Notes: generated from the sequence alone by a model not told the origin. A stretch of 38,337 nucleotides of DNA from Flavobacteriales bacterium (GCA_035388945.1 DAOOQW010000001.1:14547-52883), one strand, 5' to 3'; counted from the stretch's first letter, positions 17,363 through 27,200 are shown. Numbers and translations: made by a program.

Positions 17363-18039
17363 TATCGAATCGGATTCACATTTTCTTTCTTGGCAGAATT
17401 GTATTCAGCAATCAAGACTTTTATTTCATCAATTAAACGCTTCACGTCTTTCATACTCGTGCCTTCATAAATTCCACGAATATGTTTATCGCGATCGATT
17501 AACAACATCATATCGCTATGTAAAAAGCCACCTGGTGCCGTTGGGTCTTCCATGGCATTTACCATGAAACCTTGGTAGGCTAAATCATAAATGGCTTTTT
17601 TATCACCCGTTAAAAAGTACCAGCGACCTGGATCTGCCTTAATCTTTTGAGCATATTCTTTTAGAACAGCCACCGAATCGTGATCCGGATCAACCGAAAA
17701 AGAAACCAATCGAAAATCGTTCAGCTTTTTGAAATCATCCGTGTCTTGAACCTTTTTCATTAAGGTTTGCATAGCCGGACAAATACTAGGGCAAGTGGTA
17801 AAAAAGAAATTGGCGACATAGATCTTGCCTTGAAGATCTTTGTCGCCAAAAGGTTTTCCATCCTGATCGGTAAACTGAAAAGGGGGAATAGAATGGTAAG
17901 TTGTATCTCCTTCTTTGGCGCCGGGGATTTTGGTTCCAAAATATCCCAGTTTCTTGATGTTATGTTTTCCTGTTGTGAGAACCAGGTATGCCACGGATGG
18001 CACTAACAAGATCATCAGAAGGATGACAGCTTTTTTCAC
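17362..18039 (-). CDS. SCO1/SenC-family copper chaperone
   Basis: 225 aa with a GTG start and an N-terminal TM anchor. It has the CxxxC motif (FTTCPSICP) and the distal His (GGFLHSD). Confidence 0.9.
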   Translation of the reverse strand: MKKAVILLMILLVPSVAYLVLTTGKHNIKKLGYFGTKIPGAKEGDTTYHSIPPFQFTDQDGKPFGDKDLQGKIYVANFFFTTCPSICPAMQTLMKKVQDTDDFKKLNDFRLVSFSVDPDHDSVAVLKEYAQKIKADPGRWYFLTGDKKAIYDLAYQGFMVNAMEDPTAPGGFLHSDMMLLIDRDKHIRGIYEGTSMKDVKRLIDEIKVLIAEYNSAKKENVNPIR

Positions 18040-18040
18040 T

Positions 18041-18424
18041 TTATTTCATTAAGTCCTGAAAGTATTGAAGAAGATGTTCTCCTTCATATAGTGCAATAAA
18101 AATCAAGTAAACAACTAACACCATAGGCAGTAGAATTGTTGTACGAAGATTTTTACGTTCATCACCCAAGTGCATAAATACTAGGACAATGTATCCTGCT
18201 TTAATCAAAGTAAGAACAATGTACATCCACTTGATGATTGTCCATGTATTAGCAGATACATGTGATTGAGAATAGAAAATCCCAACCATTACTTCGAAAA
18301 TGGTGATAACCGAAAGAAGTAAGGTAACGAAAAGTATTTTTTTGCGAACTGCGCGACTTTGCTCTGGTGTACGAGGACCGTGGCCGGCGCTGTATTCGAA
18401 TGATTGATCAACAGTTTGTTCCAT
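18041..18424 (-). CDS. Cytochrome c oxidase subunit IV-family small membrane protein
   Basis: 127 aa with three TM helices, positioned directly after the subunit III genes. Confidence 0.6.
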   Translation of the reverse strand: MEQTVDQSFEYSAGHGPRTPEQSRAVRKKILFVTLLLSVITIFEVMVGIFYSQSHVSANTWTIIKWMYIVLTLIKAGYIVLVFMHLGDERKNLRTTILLPMVLVVYLIFIALYEGEHLLQYFQDLMK

Positions 18425-18444
18425 AGTAGTGTTGAAGTTTTAGA

Positions 18445-19167
18445 TCAGAGCAGGTAGAAGAAGGTAAATACGAAAACCCATACAAGGTCTACAAAGTGCC
18501 AGTATAGACCAGCTTTTTCGACCATTTCATAATGACCGCGTTTTTCGAAAACTCCGTCGGCAGCTTGTTTCCAAATGATGGCATTAATTACTACTCCTGA
18601 AAATACGTGGAAGCCGTGGAATCCAGTAATAAAGAAGAAGAAATCGGCAAAAGCTGTATGGCCATATTCGTTGTATTGAAGATTAGCTCCTTGAACAAGA
18701 ATGTCGGTAGGAACACCATCAACAATTACATTTTTCATCACACCTTCACCCCCAACGATGAATGTGTACCACTCCCAAGCTTGAGAACCAAGGAATATTA
18801 AACCTCCAACAACAGTAAGACCTAACCAGAATAATACACCGTTTTTGTTATTGGTATGCCCAGCATCTACTGCCAATACCATTGTAACACTGGAGATAAT
18901 CAAGATAAAGGTCATCATCCCAACATACAACAACGGAAGATGAGCATGTGTGAACGGGAAGTGATGGAAAACTTTCTCTACCAAAGGCCAGCTATCGGCA
19001 TGCACGTGACGTGCGTAGCCTAGCGCAATTAGCAGTGACGAAAAGGAAAAGGCATCTGATAGTAGGAAAAACCACATCATCAGTTTTCCGTAACTAGCGC
19101 CAAATGGAGAAGTTCCACCTCCCCAAAGTTGTTTTGATGGAATTTCGATTGTTGCTGAGTGAGCCAT
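18445..19167 (-). CDS. Heme-copper oxidase subunit III family protein (copy 2)
   Basis: 240 aa. It has the typical C-terminal FHGFHV...YWHFVDLVWVFVF signature. Confidence 0.85.
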   Translation of the reverse strand: MAHSATIEIPSKQLWGGGTSPFGASYGKLMMWFFLLSDAFSFSSLLIALGYARHVHADSWPLVEKVFHHFPFTHAHLPLLYVGMMTFILIISSVTMVLAVDAGHTNNKNGVLFWLGLTVVGGLIFLGSQAWEWYTFIVGGEGVMKNVIVDGVPTDILVQGANLQYNEYGHTAFADFFFFITGFHGFHVFSGVVINAIIWKQAADGVFEKRGHYEMVEKAGLYWHFVDLVWVFVFTFFYLL

Positions 19168-19258
19168 ATCTTGATTCAGAATTTTGCTGCAAGTTTACCC
19201 AAAAATTTCATTTGGGAATTGCCTTTACGCAGGAAATCGTGTTCTGTTTTAATTTTTT

Positions 19259-19846
19259 TTATTGCATCAGGAGTAAAAACACAAAAAGATAGACCCAAAG
19301 TCCATCCAAGAAATGCCAGAAAATCCCGCAATGACGCACTCCAGCATGATTTGTTGAGTTGTATTTTTGACTTAATGATTTGACGAAAATTAATCCGGCA
19401 TAAAGTATCGCAGAAAGTATATGAAGCAAATGAACTCCCGAAAGGATGTATAAAAAGCTTCCAGATGGATTTGCCGAGCTTCCCGCAAAGTAAACTCCGC
19501 CTTTAGTCAATTCTTGCCAACCTAGAATTTGAGTGATGCAGAATGTTATTCCTAGCAATAAGGTCAAGCCTAAAGCCTGAGTAACTTGACTATAACGATT
19601 GTTCTTGGCAGCAATTAATGCCCAATTGATAGAAGCACTGGAAGCTAAAATCACTCCTGTACTAATCCAAAACATGGAAGGAAGTGTGAACTGTAACCAA
19701 TTGCCATCTGCTTGGCGAACAATATAGGCTGATGTTAGTCCAGCAAATAGCATCACACTACTGAAAATACCTATATAAAGCAGGTTTCTGTTTATTTTAT
19801 CCCGAAGCTCTTTTTCTTCTAGATTGGATTCCGATAGAGTTGTCAT
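19259..19846 (-). CDS. Heme-copper oxidase subunit III family protein (copy 1)
   Basis: 195 aa with the SGVHLLHIL...FWHFLDGLWVYLF signature. Confidence 0.85.
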   Translation of the reverse strand: MTTLSESNLEEKELRDKINRNLLYIGIFSSVMLFAGLTSAYIVRQADGNWLQFTLPSMFWISTGVILASSASINWALIAAKNNRYSQVTQALGLTLLLGITFCITQILGWQELTKGGVYFAGSSANPSGSFLYILSGVHLLHILSAILYAGLIFVKSLSQKYNSTNHAGVRHCGIFWHFLDGLWVYLFVFLLLMQ

Positions 19847-19855
19847 CGAACGTAA

Positions 19856-20752
19856 TTAAAGTTTGTCGAACAGTAATGCTAACTGAACAACAGGGAGATA
19901 GATAAAGGATGCATACAGGAGTTTCCGTGCATCGCTAATTTCTAATGTTGAATGAAGCTTGATGGCTTTCATTAAAAAGTAAATTCCAGTCAGTGTGATG
20001 ATAACCGCCGAAACTGGACCAGCCATTTTAAAGACAAAAGGAAGTAATCCAAATGGGATCACACTAGCTGTATACACCATTACTTGCAAAGCCGATGTTT
20101 TAGAACGACCATCGGATGCAGGTAACATGTGAAAACCAGCTTTTTTGTAGTCATCATCCAACATCCAAGCTAGCGCCCAGAAATGTGGAAACTGCCACAT
20201 GAACTGAATCCCAAATAATATCAAAGCTTGAATGCTCATTTCACCCGAAACGGCAACCCATCCTAACATAGGAGGAATTGCTCCTGGAAATGCTCCTACA
20301 AAAACTGCAAATGGTGTAATTCGCTTAAGCGGAGTGTAAATAGCAACATAAGAAACCAATGCAGCTATACCCAAAATACCACTTAAAGGATTGATGAAAT
20401 ACCACAAAATTCCAACACCTATCAATCCGATTAATCCCGAAAAGAATAATGCTTCGGTATGTGTTAATCGCTCTTTGGGCATAGGACGATTCTCAGTTCT
20501 TGCCATGAGTTTATCCAAATCTTTCTCGATGATCTGGTTAAATGCATTGGATGAACCGGTAACGAGAAATCCCCCTAAGGTGAGTAAAACAGCTACAGTC
20601 CAATCAGGATTTTCTGCGGCCATCAGATAGGAAACCACAGCCGAAAACACAACTAATGAAGCTAGTCTGAGCTTTAGTAATTGCATCAAATCTTTCACTT
20701 TAGAAGCAAAAGCAGATGATTCGGTAGTATGGGAAACGTCTTGAGCCAACAC
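19856..20752 (-). CDS. cyoE: Protoheme IX farnesyltransferase (heme O synthase)
   Basis: 298 aa with a GTG start. It has the UbiA-family motif NQIIEKDLDKLMARTENRPMP and multiple TM helices. Confidence 0.9.
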   Translation of the reverse strand: MLAQDVSHTTESSAFASKVKDLMQLLKLRLASLVVFSAVVSYLMAAENPDWTVAVLLTLGGFLVTGSSNAFNQIIEKDLDKLMARTENRPMPKERLTHTEALFFSGLIGLIGVGILWYFINPLSGILGIAALVSYVAIYTPLKRITPFAVFVGAFPGAIPPMLGWVAVSGEMSIQALILFGIQFMWQFPHFWALAWMLDDDYKKAGFHMLPASDGRSKTSALQVMVYTASVIPFGLLPFVFKMAGPVSAVIITLTGIYFLMKAIKLHSTLEISDARKLLYASFIYLPVVQLALLFDKL

Positions 20753-20769
20753 CTAATTTTAGAATTGCG

Positions 20770-20777
20770 GCAAAAAT
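20770..20777 (-). promoter_or_regulatory. -7 promoter box TATTTTTG with a -33 TTTG (20799-20796, 18-nt spacer), for the cyoE-cox-sco operon
   Basis: The reverse complement of caaaaata is a perfect TAnnTTTG, 17 nt upstream of GTG 20752. The -33 TTTG is at canonical spacing. Confidence 0.55.
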
Positions 20778-20825
20778 AGGTAAAACCTATGCTCTGCAAA
20801 CGTATTGTTCCTTTATTTGTTCAAT

Positions 20826-22463
20826 TCAAAAATCATAATACCGATTCGGTAAGGCTGTTCGAAAACTCACAAAAAACCAATTGGTATTTCGAGTGATACG
20901 CTCATTCTCCTGCATTCTCCTCGAAAAAGTTAGTTCCAAACGCATATTGGTTCGAGTATTCACTAACCAAGAAACAGTCAAATCGGTAAAGAGAACGGTG
21001 TTTTTCAATCCTTGAAGGACATAATTTCCATAAATCGAAGGAACCATTGTAGGTCCGCTTCCAATTTCCGCTGTGCCTGCAAAAATGTTCTGTCCAAAAT
21101 TGGATGTTTGCCCAGATGCTGAACTTGTATCAGCCCCATATTGCGACATCAAAATCTTCCCCTGAAAACCCCAACGTTTATATCGATATCTTAAAAACTG
21201 AACGTTTTCGATGAAGTTGGCACCTAGTGGATGAGCTAATGGTTGAGCAAAGTGCGTATAGCTTTGTTCTCCTGTAAAGTGACCATATGTATATGGACGA
21301 ACGAGATTGAATTCGTTTTGCCAAACCAAGTTTTTAATTCCCAAGAATCGATAGAATTTCCATCCAATTTGAGCCGCTTGTTTATTAGCCCACCATCCGT
21401 TTCCGGCTTTTACTTCTTTCAACGAAAACTCATCTAATAATATTTGTCCGTATAGCTGGTACTTTTTCAAAATCATAGCTTTGAAATTCAATCCTATCAA
21501 GACATTATCGGGTGATCCGCGTGAAAATTCAACTGGACGATAAAAGATAATAGGGTTGAGGTAATTCACATCGAAACCTCTTCGAGCACCAGTAGTATCG
21601 CCACCTTGCCAAATAATCGATTCGAACAATCCGATATTCAACCATTTAGTAGCATTTAAACTTAAATGATGATAGGTGGCAAACTTCTGTAAATATCCAC
21701 CAATGCCACTATTGGAGGCATTTCCTACGTTTTGGTAGCTGACAAATAAATTGGTATACCGAATCTTCCAAAAGCTGGTGCTTATTCGGAAATAAGGCTG
21801 GTTGTAGGCATTGTCGGAAAGAAACAAAGAACGGTATCCATCACCAATAAACAGCTTATCATTCCCAAATTGAAAATTGAAGTATTTTGATGGTGAATAC
21901 GAAACATAACCAGTTGCCATCGAATAATCCCAGCCATTGCTACCAAAGGGTTTTACGCGGCCTTGTCCGGGTACTACATGATTCTTTTGAATAAAACTAT
22001 CCACATAATTCACCATACTACCTTGGTTTTCCCAAAAGCTGGTATAGAAAGAGACTTTCTTACCCACATTCCCGAAAACTTGTACACCGCGTGAGTTTTG
22101 GTAAGTAGTTTTTCCGGTAAGCTGATCTTTTCCGATATCGAACGAAAACAAGGGATCAACTGCTAACTGATAATCATTCGAATCTAAACGGAACAGATTA
22201 TCTCGAAACAGTTTTCGTCCAATCCAACGATTCGAAAAACGTGATTTGCCAATAGGAACACCTGCTGCCGTATCAGGATTAATGATTTTACGGATATCCT
22301 CCATCCGCCAAGGTTTTACCGTAGTATGTTGGTTCAAGCCTTTGGCATTCATGGCTTCATCAATCAAATTGTATTGAAAGTTATCCAACACAAAATTGGT
22401 TTGCTGCGCCGAAACGGAGGTATACCAAACCAACAAGAATAGACAAACCGGAATAGCCTTCAT
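20826..22463 (-). CDS. Outer-membrane beta-barrel protein, Wzi/RemB-like (capsule-assembly family); family assignment from memory only
   Basis: The start MKAIPVCLFLLVWYTSVSAQQ is a signal peptide, and its ATG overlaps the upstream stop (ATGA at 22463-22460). It is Y/F/N/G-rich barrel-like sequence ending in an aromatic residue (RYYDF), in the context of polysaccharide genes. Confidence 0.5.
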   Translation of the reverse strand: MKAIPVCLFLLVWYTSVSAQQTNFVLDNFQYNLIDEAMNAKGLNQHTTVKPWRMEDIRKIINPDTAAGVPIGKSRFSNRWIGRKLFRDNLFRLDSNDYQLAVDPLFSFDIGKDQLTGKTTYQNSRGVQVFGNVGKKVSFYTSFWENQGSMVNYVDSFIQKNHVVPGQGRVKPFGSNGWDYSMATGYVSYSPSKYFNFQFGNDKLFIGDGYRSLFLSDNAYNQPYFRISTSFWKIRYTNLFVSYQNVGNASNSGIGGYLQKFATYHHLSLNATKWLNIGLFESIIWQGGDTTGARRGFDVNYLNPIIFYRPVEFSRGSPDNVLIGLNFKAMILKKYQLYGQILLDEFSLKEVKAGNGWWANKQAAQIGWKFYRFLGIKNLVWQNEFNLVRPYTYGHFTGEQSYTHFAQPLAHPLGANFIENVQFLRYRYKRWGFQGKILMSQYGADTSSASGQTSNFGQNIFAGTAEIGSGPTMVPSIYGNYVLQGLKNTVLFTDLTVSWLVNTRTNMRLELTFSRRMQENERITRNTNWFFVSFRTALPNRYYDF

Positions 22464-23494
22464 AGGTGATTTTTTTGTTTTCTGAGCTTGGTTACCCGTG
22501 ACCAAAGGACTGCCGTGAAAAGTAAAGCGGGTAGGGGAATAAGGAATAGAATGTAAACTAACTCAACTTCTTTATCACACCAAGTTAGTAAGTATGTGGT
22601 GATTCCAGCACTTAGCAAGGAAAGTCCAACTAATTGCAAAGTAGCACCCACATGACTTAATCCATTTTCTAAGAGCAAATGATGCAGGTGATTTCGATCT
22701 CCGCTAAATGGATTTTTTTGATGACGGATGCGTATAAAGAAGACCCGTACCATATCGAAAAGCGGCACAATCATTAAGGAAAAAGCGATCAAAGGTTCTT
22801 CGGGCAGAATGGTGCTTGTTCCGCAGTGATTATGGAAACTCAATTGCGTCATCCCAAAAGCTAAGGTGTAACCGATGGGCAATGAGCCGCAATCGCCCAT
22901 GAAAATTTTGGGTTTTAGGAAATTGAAGAATAGAAAAGCCAATAATGCTCCGGCAAACGAAAAACTTAAGTGATAGATATCGGGTTCGCCCATGATTCCC
23001 ATGCCTATCAAAGCTATCATTCCAATACTTCCTGCCAAGCCGTTGATGCCATCAATGAGATTAAATGCATTGACGATCCAAAAAGCTAGAAATAGCGTTA
23101 CAGGAAATTCAAAACCGGGTAACCAAGCAATATCGGGTGCTAATTCATGAAGTGGCATGCGGTTAAACCACGACATGAGTACAATTGGAATACTCTCGCC
23201 CAATAATTTGATAAATGGGCTAACCGGTTGCATATCATCCCATAATCCAACGAAAAAAAGGATTAGTAATCCGGCAAGAAAATAGCGAAGATGAATTAAC
23301 GTATCTGGGCCGGCAATAAGCAAAGTGCTGATGAGCAATGCGCCCATGATTGCTACCCCACCTAATCGGGGAATTTCAGCAGAGTGAATCTTACGTTCGT
23401 CGGGAATATCAAATAACCTGCGGGTAGCTGCAAAACGAATGACAGCAGGGGTAAGAATTAAGCAAAATAGAAAAGCTGCAAAAAAGGGCTCCAC
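22460..23494 (-). CDS. MraY/WecA-family undecaprenyl-phosphate sugar-1-phosphate transferase
   Basis: 344 aa with a GTG start and about 10 TM helices. It has the motif VNAFNLIDGINGLAG and cytoplasmic IPRLGG. Confidence 0.85.
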   Translation of the reverse strand: MEPFFAAFLFCLILTPAVIRFAATRRLFDIPDERKIHSAEIPRLGGVAIMGALLISTLLIAGPDTLIHLRYFLAGLLILFFVGLWDDMQPVSPFIKLLGESIPIVLMSWFNRMPLHELAPDIAWLPGFEFPVTLFLAFWIVNAFNLIDGINGLAGSIGMIALIGMGIMGEPDIYHLSFSFAGALLAFLFFNFLKPKIFMGDCGSLPIGYTLAFGMTQLSFHNHCGTSTILPEEPLIAFSLMIVPLFDMVRVFFIRIRHQKNPFSGDRNHLHHLLLENGLSHVGATLQLVGLSLLSAGITTYLLTWCDKEVELVYILFLIPLPALLFTAVLWSRVTKLRKQKNHL

Positions 23495-23517
23495 GCTCGG
23501 GGTTGTTCCGGGCGAAA

Positions 23518-24489
23518 TTAACGGTTTTTCTTTGTGCTCTTATACCAGCGTATCATCTTCTCCATTCCAAACTCAATACTATACTTTGGTTTGAAGCCCA
23601 ATTCACGGATGTAATCTGCACCATGATTGGTTTGGGTAATTAATTTAGCAACACGTTTGGATGAGATTTTCAGGTTTTTACCGCTCAGTTTAATCGCCAC
23701 ATCAAAGGGAAATGCCAAAATCATCGCCATCCAACGTGGTAAAATCATTCGGATTTTCTTGCCTAAGAATCGTGCTTGCATGTTTGCAATTTCTCGACTA
23801 CTCAGTTGAGGCTCATCTACATAATTGAACAAACAAATGCCTTCATTTAATTTATTAAGAGCGAAAAGGCTTGCATCCACAATGTTCTCCACGTATGCAA
23901 GTGATTTTATATTATTCGATTTACCTACATGAAAATACAAACCTTCATCAATTGCTTTAATCAAATTGAGCACGTTTGCCAAATTGTGCGGTCCAAAAAC
24001 CACTGTCGAACGCACGATAATGAGTTTTCTACCGGGAGCTGCATTTGCCCATTTACTAAAACGGGCTTCTGCTTCTAACTTAGAAACACCATATGGATTG
24101 GTAGGAGCTGGTTCGGTTGATTCGTTTGTTGGGCCTGGATTACCTTTTCCTCCATAGACTGCTACTGAGGAGAAATTGATGATGGTGTTGACTCCAGCTT
24201 TTTCTGCTTCAGAGATTAGCACTTCCGCTCCGCGAACATTCGTATCAAAATAGGCTTCATCGGCAATACCAAAATCGTGATGCATGGCAGCCAAATGAAT
24301 GATCATATCGACTCCTTGAAGCGCATTTCGAACATCATTCAAATTCCGGATATCGCCTGCATGATAGCGTGCATGTGAAGTATAATCTGGCGCGCGTAAA
24401 TCGAGATTGACTATCTCTCGATCTTTAAAACGTTCCACAAAATACCGTCCGATAAATCCCGAACCTCCGGTAATAAGCAATCTAGCCAT
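23518..24489 (-). CDS. NAD-dependent epimerase/dehydratase (SDR family)
   Basis: 323 aa with a Rossmann ITGGSGFIG motif and a catalytic YGVSK (YxxxK). Confidence 0.85.
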   Translation of the reverse strand: MARLLITGGSGFIGRYFVERFKDREIVNLDLRAPDYTSHARYHAGDIRNLNDVRNALQGVDMIIHLAAMHHDFGIADEAYFDTNVRGAEVLISEAEKAGVNTIINFSSVAVYGGKGNPGPTNESTEPAPTNPYGVSKLEAEARFSKWANAAPGRKLIIVRSTVVFGPHNLANVLNLIKAIDEGLYFHVGKSNNIKSLAYVENIVDASLFALNKLNEGICLFNYVDEPQLSSREIANMQARFLGKKIRMILPRWMAMILAFPFDVAIKLSGKNLKISSKRVAKLITQTNHGADYIRELGFKPKYSIEFGMEKMIRWYKSTKKNR

Positions 24490-24534
24490 CGGCGCGAAGG
24501 TACATTCATTTTTTTTCCATCTGCTTAGAAGGAA

Positions 24535-24542
24535 TATATTTG
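24535..24542 (+). promoter_or_regulatory. -7 promoter box TATATTTG for the GT-C-like membrane protein
   Basis: Perfect TAnnTTTG, 5 nt upstream of ATG 24548. This supports the internal ATG over the track's 24407 start, which overlaps the epimerase gene. Confidence 0.4.
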
Positions 24543-24547
24543 CGCAT

Positions 24548-25969
24548 ATGGGCAGTAAAAATCTACTTTATTACCAGTCTAGCATATTACTCATCTTAGC
24601 AATAGGGATACTTGTTGTAGTTAATTACTTCAATCAAAGCACCTACGACACAGGCGATTCGGTCATGCATTTTTTGTATGCTCGCCATGCGATGGATCAT
24701 CCAATGCTTTACCTAGAACATTGGGGAAAACCTCTTTTTACCTTGTTCGCTTCTCCATTTGCCATTTTCGGCTGGACAGGAATGAAAGTTTTTAATTTGC
24801 TCGTAACGTTATTGAGTATGTTCTTTTTGTCGGCAACGGCAGAAAAACTTCTCCCCAATAGTCGTGGAGCAGCTGCATTAATTTTTGCATCTGCCCCACA
24901 ACTTTTATTAATGACAGCCAGCGGACTTACCGAACCATTATTTGGTTTGTTAATGAGTATCGCTATTTGGTCCGAATCAAGAAAAATGTATTGGCTAGGA
25001 GCTGTAATTATTTCTTTGAGTCTTTTTTCTCGTTCCGAAGGTCAAATCATTCTTATTATTTGGCTGTGTTGGTTTGTCTATCAAAAACGTTGGAAAGAAA
25101 TCCCTCTATTTTTTAGTGCATTTATCGTGTACGCAATCATTGGATATTTTTCTAAATACCATGATTTCTGGTGGTATTTTAACAAGAATCCATATGAGCA
25201 ACCTCGTTTTGTTTACGGTTCAGGGCCATGGAATCATTTCTTAGTCAGTTTCATCAATATTACTGGTCCAATTTTACTTGTTCTGACCTTCATTGGAATT
25301 ATTGGCTTTATTTATATAGTACTACCGGCATTCTTGATTAAAAAGGATAAACAAAAAGGTGTTTGGGTATTAGCATTTCTGAGTGTTGCTGGATTCTTCT
25401 TTTTCCATTCGTATGCTTGGGCAAGTGGACGATTTGGTTCTTATGGCTTACTCCGAGTTATTTTGGGAATTTACCCATTAACCGTTTTACTCATGGTTTA
25501 TGCATGGCAAAGTTTAGCGGATAAACTAAATGGAAATTGGAAGTTAATCGTGTCCAATGGTGTTTTGCTATTGGCTTTGATATATCCTTTTATTGGTTCA
25601 AAATATTCAATTCATAAAGTTGATTTGCAACCACATCCCTCTTTAATGCAAATGCAAGAATGTTTGGCTGATATGAATCAACTTACTTATCCTGCTCTAG
25701 TTTCAGCAGCGCCGCTTCCTGCATTTGTTTTAGGGGTTGATTATTTTGATGATACCAAATTCAGGTACCTCAATACAGTTGAATTGCCTTATACTCAGGA
25801 AGGTTCAATAATCGTTTGGGATCATCATTTTGCCGGTTCTGATTTGAAACTACCTGCAAATGCTTTTTTGCAAGACACTGCTCGTTTTGAACTCATCAAA
25901 ACTTGTGTTCCAAACGAGGGACAAAAAGGAGATTCAATCCTAGTTTTTAAGCTTTTGATAGCTCGATAA
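24548..25969 (+). CDS. Polytopic membrane protein, GT-C fold glycosyltransferase-like (ArnT/PMT family-39-like)
   Basis: 473 aa from ATG 24548, with more than 10 TM helices. It has an acidic first-loop motif (YDTGDS) and a soluble C-terminal domain, and is divergent from the polysaccharide genes. Confidence 0.45.
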   Translation: MGSKNLLYYQSSILLILAIGILVVVNYFNQSTYDTGDSVMHFLYARHAMDHPMLYLEHWGKPLFTLFASPFAIFGWTGMKVFNLLVTLLSMFFLSATAEKLLPNSRGAAALIFASAPQLLLMTASGLTEPLFGLLMSIAIWSESRKMYWLGAVIISLSLFSRSEGQIILIIWLCWFVYQKRWKEIPLFFSAFIVYAIIGYFSKYHDFWWYFNKNPYEQPRFVYGSGPWNHFLVSFINITGPILLVLTFIGIIGFIYIVLPAFLIKKDKQKGVWVLAFLSVAGFFFFHSYAWASGRFGSYGLLRVILGIYPLTVLLMVYAWQSLADKLNGNWKLIVSNGVLLLALIYPFIGSKYSIHKVDLQPHPSLMQMQECLADMNQLTYPALVSAAPLPAFVLGVDYFDDTKFRYLNTVELPYTQEGSIIVWDHHFAGSDLKLPANAFLQDTARFELIKTCVPNEGQKGDSILVFKLLIAR

Positions 25970-27200
25970 TCGTAATCTCCGGTTTAATTCCAACACGGCC
26001 GAGATAACCTAAAAAGCCTAATCCACGGTTCACATATATATGTTGCTTTCCTTCGGAATATAATCCAGCCCATTGCTTATATACATATTGCGATGGACTC
26101 CATTTGAATCCCGGGATTTCAATCCCAAACTGGAATCCATGCGTATGTCCCGATAAGGTTAAATCAATATCGGAATGACTTTTTAATACTTGCGCATGCC
26201 AATGTGATGGATCATGTGAAAGCAAGATTTTTACAGGAACTTCGGGCATTCCAGCTTTTGCTTTTACGATATCTCCTTTTCGTGGGAAACGTAAAGCCTC
26301 GCCCCAATTTTCTACTCCTAACAACCCAATCTGATCACCATTTCGCTCTAGAATCCGGTGTTCGTTGTTGAGCATATCCCAGCCCATTTCTTTGTGAATT
26401 TCCTTTAGACGTTGCAGGTTGGCTGCTTTTGCTTCTCTCGAATCCCATTCCACATAATCGCCATAATCGTGATTACCTAAAATCGAATAAACACCTAAAG
26501 GAGCACTTAGCTTTTTCCAAGTTTCAATGTGTCGTTCAGCCTCAGCCGATTTATCATTGACTAAATCACCCGTGAAGAAAATCACATCAGGTTTCTCACT
26601 CATGATCATCTCAACTGCCCGTTTGAAAGGCTCATCACTCGCAAAAGAACCACTGTGGATGTCTGAAATCTGAACAATCTTCAATCCTTCAAATCCAGCT
26701 GGTAGATTGGCAATTGGAATTTTATTTCGGCGGATGGTAAAGTCGAAGGCTGTTTTTATCATCCCATAAATCATCGAGGTAAATGGAAGTGCAGCAACCG
26801 TTAATGCTGTATAACTGAGAAATTTTGCTCGACTAATTCCACCAGATTTTGCTCCATCGGCCGGTATAACTCCTTGATTGAAAAAACCAATTACCCAACG
26901 AACCAAGCGTTGTAAATCATCCACCATCAAAAATAAACTACCAATGAGCTTGCTGATTACTACGATGAAAATGAAGCAGAATACATACAAATAGATGTAC
27001 TTATTGAACCAAGGATTTTGGTAAGTAAGCATCGAAAAGAGACCAAACAACAAGCTAAATGCACTAAAGCCCCAGTAAATACGAAAAGTCCACATTCTGC
27101 GAACATCTGTCCATCCGCTTGATATGGTTTTTACTGCCTGGAAAAAATAAATGTCGATTAGCAGTAATACTGCAAAGAGGATGATAAAACGAATAAGCAT
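25947..27200 (-). CDS. Membrane-anchored metallophosphoesterase
   Basis: The first ATG is at 27200 (MLIRFIILFAVLLL); the track start at 27212 is a TTG. There are 4-5 N-terminal TM helices, followed by the calcineurin-like motifs SDIHSG, GDLV, GNHD and GHTHG. Confidence 0.85.
   Translation of the reverse strand: MLIRFIILFAVLLLIDIYFFQAVKTISSGWTDVRRMWTFRIYWGFSAFSLLFGLFSMLTYQNPWFNKYIYLYVFCFIFIVVISKLIGSLFLMVDDLQRLVRWVIGFFNQGVIPADGAKSGGISRAKFLSYTALTVAALPFTSMIYGMIKTAFDFTIRRNKIPIANLPAGFEGLKIVQISDIHSGSFASDEPFKRAVEMIMSEKPDVIFFTGDLVNDKSAEAERHIETWKKLSAPLGVYSILGNHDYGDYVEWDSREAKAANLQRLKEIHKEMGWDMLNNEHRILERNGDQIGLLGVENWGEALRFPRKGDIVKAKAGMPEVPVKILLSHDPSHWHAQVLKSHSDIDLTLSGHTHGFQFGIEIPGFKWSPSQYVYKQWAGLYSEGKQHIYVNRGLGFLGYLGRVGIKPEITIIELSKA

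Noticed and set aside
19178-19213. An 11-codon mini-ORF (MKFLGKLAAKF) on the minus strand in the 91-nt spacer between the two subunit III genes.
   Set aside because: It is too short to evaluate, has no promoter box or other support, and is plausibly chance in an AT-rich spacer.
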